From Candidatus Moraniibacteriota bacterium (GTDB taxonomy: Bacteria; Patescibacteriota; Minisyncoccia; Moranbacterales; UBA1568): a DNA stretch of 64,000 nt. Each line of letters opens with the position of its first letter. The first letter of the stretch is position 1. Positions 56,516 to 64,000 of the stretch are shown here, one piece after another. The notes under the pieces were generated by a model. The model was not told where the DNA came from. It made no database searches and worked only from the letters and a program-made list of their open reading frames with translations. A program made the position numbers and the translations under genes. The stretch covers positions 1,565-65,564 of the forward strand of contig JAHFOO010000005.1 of assembly GCA_023261645.1 (NCBI GenBank), written 5' to 3'.

Positions 56516-57297
56516 TGATCCGAACCTATCACCTCTGGTAGAATAAAAGCATCATGAATCCTCGGTGCAAGTGACTTGCTGGCAAGAAAATAATCGATCC
56601 GCCAACCGACATTGCGAACTCGGGCATTGGCGAAATATGACCACCAACTATAAAACCCATTGCCTTGGTGGAATATACGGAACGTGTCAACGAAGCCGGC
56701 CGTGATAAAATTCGAAAAACCTGACCGCTCTTCATCGGTGAAGCCGTGCTTCCCGACATTCTCTTTCGGATTGGCCAGATCATCTTCAGTGTGAGCGACA
56801 TTGAGATCGCCACAGAAAAGAACCGGTTTTTTCTTTTCCAATTTTTTGCAGAAAGCGAGGAAGGCGGGATCCCACTGTTTATGCCGAAGAGCAAGACGAC
56901 TCAAGTCTTCTTTGGCATTGGGAGTATAAACCGTCACGATAAAAAAATCAGAATATTCCGCTGTGATCACTCGACCCTCCCCAGAAGGATCACCATAGCC
57001 ATCATCTGCCAGATGAAATTTTTCTGCTATTTCCGGAAAAATGCCATTGATGACGGAGAGCGGTTTTTGTTTGGTAAAAATAGCCGTACCGGAATACCCT
57101 TTTCTCTCCGCCGAATTCCAGTATTCCTCATAGTCCGGCAAATCGATTTCTGCTTGACCTTGAAGGGCCTTCGTCTCCTGCACGCACAAGATATCCGGCT
57201 GATATTTCTCGATGAACGGCAAAAAAAGATCCTTCTTGTGCACGGCACGGATGCCGTTCACATTCCAAGAGATGATTGTCAGCATTTTTTGGGACAT
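56485..57297 (-). CDS. xthA: exodeoxyribonuclease III
   Basis: MLTIISWNVNGIRA with EEP-fold motifs (GDLNVAH, SDHCPV). The start is at MSQKMLTI, or 12 nt downstream. Confidence 0.85.
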   Translation of the reverse strand: MSQKMLTIISWNVNGIRAVHKKDLFLPFIEKYQPDILCVQETKALQGQAEIDLPDYEEYWNSAERKGYSGTAIFTKQKPLSVINGIFPEIAEKFHLADDGYGDPSGEGRVITAEYSDFFIVTVYTPNAKEDLSRLALRHKQWDPAFLAFCKKLEKKKPVLFCGDLNVAHTEDDLANPKENVGKHGFTDEERSGFSNFITAGFVDTFRIFHQGNGFYSWWSYFANARVRNVGWRIDYFLASKSLAPRIHDAFILPEVIGSDHCPVGITIAI

Positions 57298-57355
57298 AGA
57301 TACGGGTGATATGAGAACTCTTCCATAGTAGCACTTCTCATCATCCACCGACAAG

Positions 57356-57395
57356 ACAAATAAAAAGCCGCTTCGAAATGATATTCAAAGCGGCT
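57356..57395 (-). terminator. Rho-independent terminator after the small peptide gene
   Basis: Hairpin AGCCGCTT-(15 nt)-AAGCGGCT, followed on the minus strand by TTTTTATTTG. Confidence 0.55.
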
Positions 57396-57412
57396 GGATG
57401 GCAGGAAAGATA

Positions 57413-57511
57413 TCAATCGTCCCACCCTTCCCGAGGATTAATCCTGAAAATGATCAGGATCAACGTCGTGACAACCAACGAAGCAATGGCATAATAGGCC
57501 AAAAGGGTCAT
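57413..57511 (-). CDS. putative 32-aa hydrophobic small membrane peptide
   Basis: MTLLAYYAIASLVVTTLILIIFRINPREGWDD. The RBS AGGAG lies 7 nt upstream of ATG. A terminator follows immediately. It is below the ORF-track size cutoff. Confidence 0.4.
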   Translation of the reverse strand: MTLLAYYAIASLVVTTLILIIFRINPREGWDD

Positions 57512-57650
57512 GATAACTCTCCTAAAAAGAAAAAATAAGGTACTTGTCACCATCTATATTAGCACACTCTTTATGGTAACAGTCTATTATACACCAAAAT
57601 ACTCTTTTCGTCAATACTGCAAAAAGCTTTCAGTACGAATAATGACTTTT

Positions 57651-58799
57651 TCAGGCCTTATTCCCTTTGAAGGCAATGACATCCAATTCGTGGAAACGAC
57701 GCTGTTTCTCTTCGATGAGAATATCGTCTTCCAACCCTTTCGTAGCGGATGTCCCGGGACGCGGTGAATACCAGGCTATGAATGTCTTGGTGAAACCGAC
57801 TCGTTTTACCAGATCGATGCTCTCTTCGAATTGCGCCCGTGTTTCTCCCGGGAACCCGACGATGATATCTGTCGTGAAAGCAATCTCCGGAATCCTGGCG
57901 CGGATACGGTCAATCAGATCAAGATACTCGGCGCGAGTGTACCAGCGATTCATCCGTTTGAGCACTGCGTCGCTCCCTGACTGCACCGGCAGATGAAGCA
58001 TTCGATCGATATTCTGATGACGCGCCAGGACGGCGATCAATGCGTCGGAAAAATCCCACGGATTCGAAGAAATGAACGTGACCTTTTTCAGTCCGGAAAT
58101 TTCTGCGATACTCTCGAGGAGATACGGGAAAAGTGTCGGGATACGATGACGATTCAGATGTTTCACCATTACGGGCTCCACCTTCCTGCCATCGGGCAAT
58201 TCATATGCTTCCCCTTCTTTTATTTTCTCTTGCAGAAAATCCGCCCCGTACGAGTTGACATTCTGTCCCAAAAGTACGACTTCCTCATACCCGTCTGCCA
58301 CAGCCTTCTTTGTTTCATCGAGGATTTCTTCGAATGGTCGCGATCGTTCCTTCCCGCGTGAAAACGGTACGATGCAAAATGCGCAAAAATTATTACAACC
58401 GTTGGAAATGATGATGGATGCCATTTTCCCTTTGGCGCGCACCGGAAGATACTCGAAACCGACTTCCTCCATCGGAAGGAATTCCGCATCAGGTAAACGC
58501 GATGTGAGTCGCTTCATCATCTTCCCCGAAGGTTCGCGGGCTGCTGCTCCTACGAGACAACCGGTAACGACAATATGTGGCGTCTTTGTTCCGAGACGAT
58601 CAGTCAAACTGCGTACCATACCATAGACGCGTTCCTCCGCCTTATCACGGATAACGCAGGTGTTGAGTACCAGGATATCCGCTTCCTCCAAGACTTCGGC
58701 ACGCGAAAAACCACGGGAGAGATACAAACTCTCGATACGTTCCGAATCAGCAATATTCTGCTGACAACCGAAAGTTTTGATGAAAAATGTCTGTGCCAT
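57651..58799 (-). CDS. radical SAM methylthiotransferase (MiaB/RimO/MtaB family)
   Basis: N-terminal MTTase domain (FFIKTFGCQQNIADSE) and a radical SAM core (NGCNNFCAFC). At 382 aa it is shorter than canonical MiaB. Confidence 0.7.
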   Translation of the reverse strand: MAQTFFIKTFGCQQNIADSERIESLYLSRGFSRAEVLEEADILVLNTCVIRDKAEERVYGMVRSLTDRLGTKTPHIVVTGCLVGAAAREPSGKMMKRLTSRLPDAEFLPMEEVGFEYLPVRAKGKMASIIISNGCNNFCAFCIVPFSRGKERSRPFEEILDETKKAVADGYEEVVLLGQNVNSYGADFLQEKIKEGEAYELPDGRKVEPVMVKHLNRHRIPTLFPYLLESIAEISGLKKVTFISSNPWDFSDALIAVLARHQNIDRMLHLPVQSGSDAVLKRMNRWYTRAEYLDLIDRIRARIPEIAFTTDIIVGFPGETRAQFEESIDLVKRVGFTKTFIAWYSPRPGTSATKGLEDDILIEEKQRRFHELDVIAFKGNKA

Positions 58800-58803
58800 A
58801 GTT

Positions 58804-59934
58804 TTATAGTGAAATGGAGTCTTTCTCTACGATGAGTTGTCCACAAGCAGCGGAGATATCGTCTCCCATCGTTTTCCGACGTGTCACGACGACACCGGCA
58901 TCTTCCAACTGTTTTTGGAAACGATCAAAGTCACCAGGCAAGCTGTCCCGATACACGCTTCCCGTGAAATTATATGGAATGAGATTGATGCGAGCGTTAC
59001 CGACTCGGCCGGCGAATCTGATCAACGCTTCGGCGTGCATCTGTGTATCATTGACCTGCGAAAGCATCACATACTCGAACGTCAGATGTCGGCGCCTGCT
59101 CTCAAACTTCCGGAAATATGCTTCGGTCCACTCCACCAAACTATCGAGAAACCCATCGTACGAACTCGGCATCATCTGCTTGCGAGTATCCCCGTCCGCA
59201 CTATGAAGCGACACTGCCAGACGGACAGCCGGCCACGACGAATCATCAAGTAGTTTCTTCAGCATCGGGAGGAGTCCGACGGTCGATACCGTGATACGCG
59301 TCATTCCGATATCCGTATATGTGAGAAGGAGATGCAGTGCCTCCTTGACATTATCATAATTGGCCAGAGGCTCGCCCATCCCCATAAATACGACATTCGA
59401 AATCCGAGACTCCTCACTATACGGTTCACCATTCGGATTCTTCAGCGTGGATTTCTTTTCAAGAAAATACATCCAAAAACGCACTTGATCGACGATTTCA
59501 TCAGAGGTGAGATTGCGAGTGAATCCCATCGTACCAGTAGCACAGAAAGTACAGGCCATCGCACACCCGACCTGCGAAGAGACACACACCGTCCATTGTT
59601 TTCGGGCGTTCCGCATCAGTACCGTCTCTACCCGTTTGCCTCCTCCTATTTCCACGACCGCCTTGAAAGTATCTTTCTTCACGCTTTCAAACACTCGTAC
59701 TTCCTGTACGGAAAGCCACGGTATTTCTTCTGCAAGAGTCTCACGCATCGCAAGTGGCATATTCGAAATATCAGAAACAGACTTCAAGACAACATCAAAA
59801 AGAGCCTCCTCAAATTGACGGAAACGGAATGCCGGTGCCCTAGGAAACAATGTATCAAATTTTTCTTTACGAGAAAGAGGTGACATATTTTTACTACAAA
59901 AATCTCCTGCTTGAGAGAAGCAGACAGTATACAT
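58804..59934 (-). CDS. rlmN: 23S rRNA / tRNA adenine-C2 methyltransferase RlmN (radical SAM)
   Basis: CxxxCxxC motif VGCAMACTFCATG with an RlmN/Cfr family layout. Confidence 0.75.
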   Translation of the reverse strand: MYTVCFSQAGDFCSKNMSPLSRKEKFDTLFPRAPAFRFRQFEEALFDVVLKSVSDISNMPLAMRETLAEEIPWLSVQEVRVFESVKKDTFKAVVEIGGGKRVETVLMRNARKQWTVCVSSQVGCAMACTFCATGTMGFTRNLTSDEIVDQVRFWMYFLEKKSTLKNPNGEPYSEESRISNVVFMGMGEPLANYDNVKEALHLLLTYTDIGMTRITVSTVGLLPMLKKLLDDSSWPAVRLAVSLHSADGDTRKQMMPSSYDGFLDSLVEWTEAYFRKFESRRRHLTFEYVMLSQVNDTQMHAEALIRFAGRVGNARINLIPYNFTGSVYRDSLPGDFDRFQKQLEDAGVVVTRRKTMGDDISAACGQLIVEKDSISL

Positions 59935-59996
59935 CAGAAAAATGACACCGTCAATATCATTTCACAACAAAAAAGATCTCTTCTGGGGCAAAAGAT

Positions 59997-60341
59997 TCAA
60001 TTTTTCGGTGAGGTTCCATCTCCTCCGAAAATATTGCGTTTGATATCAGGCGTCTCTTCATGCATACGCGCCCGCGCTCTCAGACTGTCCACCACCTCAT
60101 TGAATCGAGCTTCTTTGAATGTCGTTTCTTTGAAATATGAGTCCACATATTGTTTTCTTTCTTCATCACTGAAACGATATCGATACACGCTGTAATAATA
60201 GTTCCATCCGCCGAATGAAAGAACCAAAAAGAAACCGATAAAAACCAGCATTTTATAATAACGGTACCACAGAACAAGCGTGTTTCCGAGAGAGAAACGA
60301 TCTTTTACTTTTATGAAAAATGAAGAAAAAGGGATTTTCAT
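59997..60341 (-). CDS. hypothetical small membrane protein downstream of pilO
   Basis: One TM helix (MLVFIGFFLVLSFGGW). No recognisable motif. Confidence 0.35.
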   Translation of the reverse strand: MKIPFSSFFIKVKDRFSLGNTLVLWYRYYKMLVFIGFFLVLSFGGWNYYYSVYRYRFSDEERKQYVDSYFKETTFKEARFNEVVDSLRARARMHEETPDIKRNIFGGDGTSPKN

Positions 60342-60344
60342 AGG

Positions 60345-61109
60345 TTACTTTTTTTTATTCACATACACGAGCATATCAAACGTCGCTTCCAAGGGAGCTT
60401 GCGTCACCGTCGGTGCCGTCTCATTTGGAATAATATTCCCATCACCAAGAAGAGAGAAAGGATTGCTCCTTGTTTCAGGAGTATTTTTCATAGCAGATTC
60501 ATCCACTCTCTTTATTTCAACCCCTATGACGTCCAACCCGACTGGCAAGGTCTCCATCTTTTGCAAAAAGAAAATGATGTTCTCATACGACCCTTCAGCT
60601 TTGATACTGAGGCGCAGATACCGATCGAACGGCGCATTGTCTACCATACTTGTCACTTTTGATTTCGTATCATTGGCATCCGTTTTGACGTCTACCTCCC
60701 CGTCTTTCGGAGGAACAGCCTTCGCCGGTACTTTTTCGATAATCTGTCCGTTTTCTTTGGAAGTGATGGTCATCTGTATATGCGTATCATTTGCCAGATT
60801 TTCGAGCGTCTTGATGAAATCAACTATCTGATCTTCAGTGATGATGATATCGAGTGTTTGTTCGTTTCCTCTGATGGCATCGTACTGATCTTTCAATTCC
60901 GGCAACTGCCCGACTTGTTTCTGTTGATTTTCCTGATCGGCATAATATTCCTGGATACCGCGCATCTTCGTATCGAGAGATCGTTTGAGTGGCAGAATAC
61001 CGAACCAAACGATACTCCCCATCGCAACGAACAGTACAAACAGGGCGATCAATGACGAGTGTCTCTTGTATGAGGGTGTGGAAAGAATCATAAGCTTTTT
61101 TTCAAACAT
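60345..61109 (-). CDS. pilO: type IV pilus assembly protein PilO-like
   Basis: An N-terminal TM helix, a coiled coil and a ferredoxin-like periplasmic domain. It follows pilM-pilN. Confidence 0.5.
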   Translation of the reverse strand: MFEKKLMILSTPSYKRHSSLIALFVLFVAMGSIVWFGILPLKRSLDTKMRGIQEYYADQENQQKQVGQLPELKDQYDAIRGNEQTLDIIITEDQIVDFIKTLENLANDTHIQMTITSKENGQIIEKVPAKAVPPKDGEVDVKTDANDTKSKVTSMVDNAPFDRYLRLSIKAEGSYENIIFFLQKMETLPVGLDVIGVEIKRVDESAMKNTPETRSNPFSLLGDGNIIPNETAPTVTQAPLEATFDMLVYVNKKK

Positions 61110-61714
61110 TCTTCTTTTATTCCGAAATCAATCTGGAAGTCTATGTTGTCTTGGGAAAACAAGTTCGAGATTGGCACATTGATATTCTCTACGCAGAGAG
61201 ATTCTTTCAGGCGAGCATCAAAGGTGAGCAAATCATCCCGTTTCGTCGCCTTACCGGTCAGAAGTACCGTGTAATCCTTGGTAGTCAAGTGGTCAACGAC
61301 GATTCCTTCCGGTAACAACTCATCCAAAAGAGAGAATACTTGCGTGAAAAAAAGATGGTTCTTCTCAATTCTTCCGACCACTTCAGTGGATGTATTCGTA
61401 TCTTTGAATTTCTGCTGATACAAAGAAAGCGTTGTCTGCTCTCCGCGCACTTTTTCGTCCTGTTGCTTCATATTCTTCAGACTCTGCAACTGGGAATCGA
61501 GGACGACATACGTACCGACCAATATGCCCATATACAGCACTTCAAGAGCAAAGAGGAGGAAAATCTGCCACAGAAAAAAACGGAAGTGAAGCTTACGCTG
61601 GATATCTTTTTTATTTTCCTCCGGAAGGAGGTTAAGCAAAGTCTTCATATTCATCGAGGCCTCGAAGAGCCAGGCCGATAGCTGTTGAATACTGTACGGA
61701 GTGATTGCGATCAA
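61088..61714 (-). CDS. pilN: type IV pilus assembly protein PilN-like
   Basis: Single TM (FLWQIFLLFALEVLYMGILVGTYVV), then a coiled coil. It sits immediately after pilM with overlapping stop and start. Confidence 0.55.
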   Translation of the reverse strand: MIAITPYSIQQLSAWLFEASMNMKTLLNLLPEENKKDIQRKLHFRFFLWQIFLLFALEVLYMGILVGTYVVLDSQLQSLKNMKQQDEKVRGEQTTLSLYQQKFKDTNTSTEVVGRIEKNHLFFTQVFSLLDELLPEGIVVDHLTTKDYTVLLTGKATKRDDLLTFDARLKESLCVENINVPISNLFSQDNIDFQIDFGIKEECLKKSL

Positions 61715-62726
61715 TAAGCGGTAATTGTTTGCCCAGCCTGATATTCACCCACGGATTACCGAATTCGACCGGGCGACCGAGTCTGCGAGCAAAAAAAGGG
61801 AGGAGTCCTTGCATATTCGATCCTCCGCCACAAAGGACAATGGCATCAATATTTTTGGAATACTGCAAATTGTTCAGATAAAAATCAATAGATTTCTCGA
61901 TTTCCACAGCGATGTTTTCAAGTACCGGAAGAGCTGCCTTCAAAACCGGACTTTGCAGAGCAAGCGAACCCAATCCCTGTTTGATTTTTATCTCCTCCGC
62001 CTCTTCGAAAGGAATATGCAGTGATTTAGAAATAGCATCTGTGATCATCTGCGAAGAAAGAGGCACACTGGATGTAAAACAGGGCGTACTGCCGATGGCG
62101 ATAAGAAAACTTGAACGCCGGTCACCGATGTCGACGATAAGCGTCGTCCGTTCTTCGTTTTCTTCAGCAAGCAAACTGCGTGCTTGAGCGATGGATTCCG
62201 TTTCAAGACCGACGACTTCCAATCCAGCCGCGCTGAGCACCGTCTGAAACTGATCCACGACACTGCGAGCCACCGCCACCACGAGCACGCTCATCTTCCC
62301 TTTTTCTTGCGTGAAGTTCTTATCAAGAACCTGCCAATCATAATACACTTGATCGAGTGTCAACGGAATGTTCGCTTCGATTTCCCATTTGATAGCTTCT
62401 CGAACCTCATTCTTTTCCATTTCTGGAAGTGAAATGATACGGAGAAATGCCTTTGTTTCAGGCAACGAACAGATCACTTTTCGTGTTTTGAGTTTCTTTG
62501 GTCCGACTATCTGGATCAAACTTGTGATAGCTCTCTCGACAGCCTCTCTATCTATGATTTCACCATCAACCACGCTTCCAACAGGAAGAGGTACTGATCC
62601 GAAGCTAACGATGGAGTCCAAATCCCCTGTTCGATTGAGCCACAAAGCCTTTATGGAAAGGTCGCTCAAATCAAGTCCGAATGCGCTCGGAAAAAGATCA
62701 AAAATTTTTTTCTGCAGAATGCTCAT
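61632..62726 (-). CDS. pilM: type IV pilus assembly ATPase-fold protein PilM
   Basis: Start at MSILQKKIFDLFPSAFGLDLSDLSIKAL. It has an actin-like fold with ALPVLENIAVEIEKSIDFY and VLCGGGSNMQGL. Confidence 0.8.
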   Translation of the reverse strand: MSILQKKIFDLFPSAFGLDLSDLSIKALWLNRTGDLDSIVSFGSVPLPVGSVVDGEIIDREAVERAITSLIQIVGPKKLKTRKVICSLPETKAFLRIISLPEMEKNEVREAIKWEIEANIPLTLDQVYYDWQVLDKNFTQEKGKMSVLVVAVARSVVDQFQTVLSAAGLEVVGLETESIAQARSLLAEENEERTTLIVDIGDRRSSFLIAIGSTPCFTSSVPLSSQMITDAISKSLHIPFEEAEEIKIKQGLGSLALQSPVLKAALPVLENIAVEIEKSIDFYLNNLQYSKNIDAIVLCGGGSNMQGLLPFFARRLGRPVEFGNPWVNIRLGKQLPLIDRNHSVQYSTAIGLALRGLDEYEDFA

Positions 62727-62830
62727 TGTATCTCTGTTTTTATTTTCTCTATCACTCTTGCTATTATAGCACAGCTTCTTCCCCTTCTCTTCTTGTTTTT
62801 TGTTCCTCACTCTGTTCCCGACCACTTGCT

Positions 62831-64000
62831 CTACTGCTCTTCCCAGAGATCCATCTGATATTGTGTGCCCGTCGGAAAATATGGTGGCGGATAATAGAGG
62901 AGATTGTTGTCATAATAGAGATTACGTGTCGTGTATCCCGTACCATCAGTATAAGCGAAACCGTAACGGATATTCGTTGCCAGGGCACCATATATTGTAA
63001 TAGTGGATTTGATCCGACCATCATAATATTCCCGACCGACACGTCCCTGCTGGGAGAGAAGTGCCCCATCGATGCGGAGAACATTGCTACTATCACGTGG
63101 AATCTCGATATTTTTCTGCCCGATGACTCCGAGAATATCACTTCCATTATAATTGGTATAGACGAGGTTGCTCGGAATATAGACGGAAGGAGCAGGTCCC
63201 CCGATCAGATCGGCTGCGACGACAGAGATCCTTTTCGTGTTGATTTTTCCGCTCAGCCATATGTTGTCCTCCACGAAGATGACACCGTTATCCACGATTG
63301 GATAATTCGTTTTGCTCACACATTTTCCCCTGGCTGATTTATTCGATTGGATGAGAGCGCAGGAGCTCGAAGCACAGCAGGCACTCGTGATACAAGCGGA
63401 ACCGTTCGTTCCATTATAACTTCCTGATGCCCCGGAAACCACTCCCTGATAATCTGAAATAGCGTTCGTATGCGTGCTGTCGTAATAACTCGTATATGCA
63501 CTGAATGAATTTGCCGTACAAACATCGAATGTTCCATCGACGAGAAGCGTAATCTGTCGACCGACACCACTGTTATCGAAATATTTCCCCCGTCCTGCTT
63601 GAGCTTCCGATTTCATAAAACTCAAATCTCCGAGCACACCATTGAAATCTACCATCGCTACAGGAAATGATCGCCCCGCTTCGAAAACATCCGTTCGCGC
63701 AGGCACGGCTGCGGGAGGAAGAGGATCTGTCGGCGCCAAATGCGTATGTACACCGAACTCGCTTCCTCCGCCATGATCCGGATCATCATAGGTAGCAACA
63801 GCGCTTGAAATCACATTATGAGACAACCCATCGAAACGGATGCCTTTGTTGGACATTATTTTTCCAAAGACTTCCGTTCCTTCACCGAAACGCATAAAAT
63901 CATTGGCCAGCACCGCATTCTCGCTCCACGATGGACGACGGAGGCGTACGACAAGTGTCCTCACGTCAGCCGAATTGCGATAGGTCCACCCTTCTGATCG
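62831..64000 (-). CDS. large Gly/Ser/Thr/Tyr/Asn-rich secreted or surface protein, N-terminus outside the window
   Basis: The open frame continues past the listed GTG at 63964 to the window end. The composition is low-complexity (GTNGSACITSACCASSSCAL, YYDNNLLYYPPPYFPTGTQY). It lies upstream of pilM on the same strand. Confidence 0.4.
   Translation of the reverse strand, partial: RSEGWTYRNSADVRTLVVRLRRPSWSENAVLANDFMRFGEGTEVFGKIMSNKGIRFDGLSHNVISSAVATYDDPDHGGGSEFGVHTHLAPTDPLPPAAVPARTDVFEAGRSFPVAMVDFNGVLGDLSFMKSEAQAGRGKYFDNSGVGRQITLLVDGTFDVCTANSFSAYTSYYDSTHTNAISDYQGVVSGASGSYNGTNGSACITSACCASSSCALIQSNKSARGKCVSKTNYPIVDNGVIFVEDNIWLSGKINTKRISVVAADLIGGPAPSVYIPSNLVYTNYNGSDILGVIGQKNIEIPRDSSNVLRIDGALLSQQGRVGREYYDGRIKSTITIYGALATNIRYGFAYTDGTGYTTRNLYYDNNLLYYPPPYFPTGTQYQMDLWEEQ

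Noticed and set aside
1-64000. CRISPR arrays, rRNA genes, transposases or integrases
   Set aside because: No regularly spaced direct repeats, rRNA-like conserved stretches or recombinase/transposase ORFs were found on either strand.

Overview
This is a 64-kb bacterial chromosomal segment. Every credible gene (about 70 CDS, 2 tRNAs) lies on the minus strand, and no plus-strand ORF looks real.

Housekeeping content, in plus-coordinate order: rseP (cut by the window start), frr, a BNR lipoprotein, tRNA-Lys(UUU), serS, tRNA-Val(CAC) flanked by degenerate half-copies, lysS, greA, mrdA-mreD-mreC-mreB, a block of small hydrolases (two Nudix, HAD, LdcA, HIT), aspS lacking the GAD insertion, a response regulator and a sensor kinase, a speH / deoxyhypusine-synthase-like / PRMT-like trio, a cell-envelope glycopolymer locus (three GT4, a PCP-like protein, mltG, murJ, DUF4012, galU, rmlA-D), pcm, yjbQ, trxA, lepA, glyA, khpA, the dcw genes mraZ-rsmH-ftsL-ftsI-murF, an EEP protein, pepA, bcp, rarA, xthA, a MiaB-like enzyme, rlmN, pilM-N-O, and a large Gly/Ser/Tyr-rich protein that runs off the window end.

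The most notable structure sits between the sensor kinase (20938-22677) and its response regulator (16099-16911). Two small cassettes have been inserted there. Each is bounded by a diverged, frame-preserving copy of the last 30-50 codons of the kinase gene (17074-17169 and 18183-18345, against the genuine 3' end at 20938-21085). The kinase-proximal cassette is a compact RiPP-like cluster: a 54-aa Cys-rich precursor, a radical-SAM/SPASM enzyme with an N-terminal extension, and an HExxH protein. The distal cassette carries a Bro-N/DinD-like gene. No integrase is visible.

Other second-look items are the speH / DHS-like / PRMT-like trio, an AT-rich inverted-repeat module recurring in three intergenic regions, and a perfect 22-bp palindrome upstream of ftsL.

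Any lineage assignment is inference only: DUF4012, PRMT-like and DHS-like enzymes, the short AspRS, total strand bias and AT-rich intergenic DNA are compatible with a small-genome, possibly CPR/Patescibacteria-like organism.
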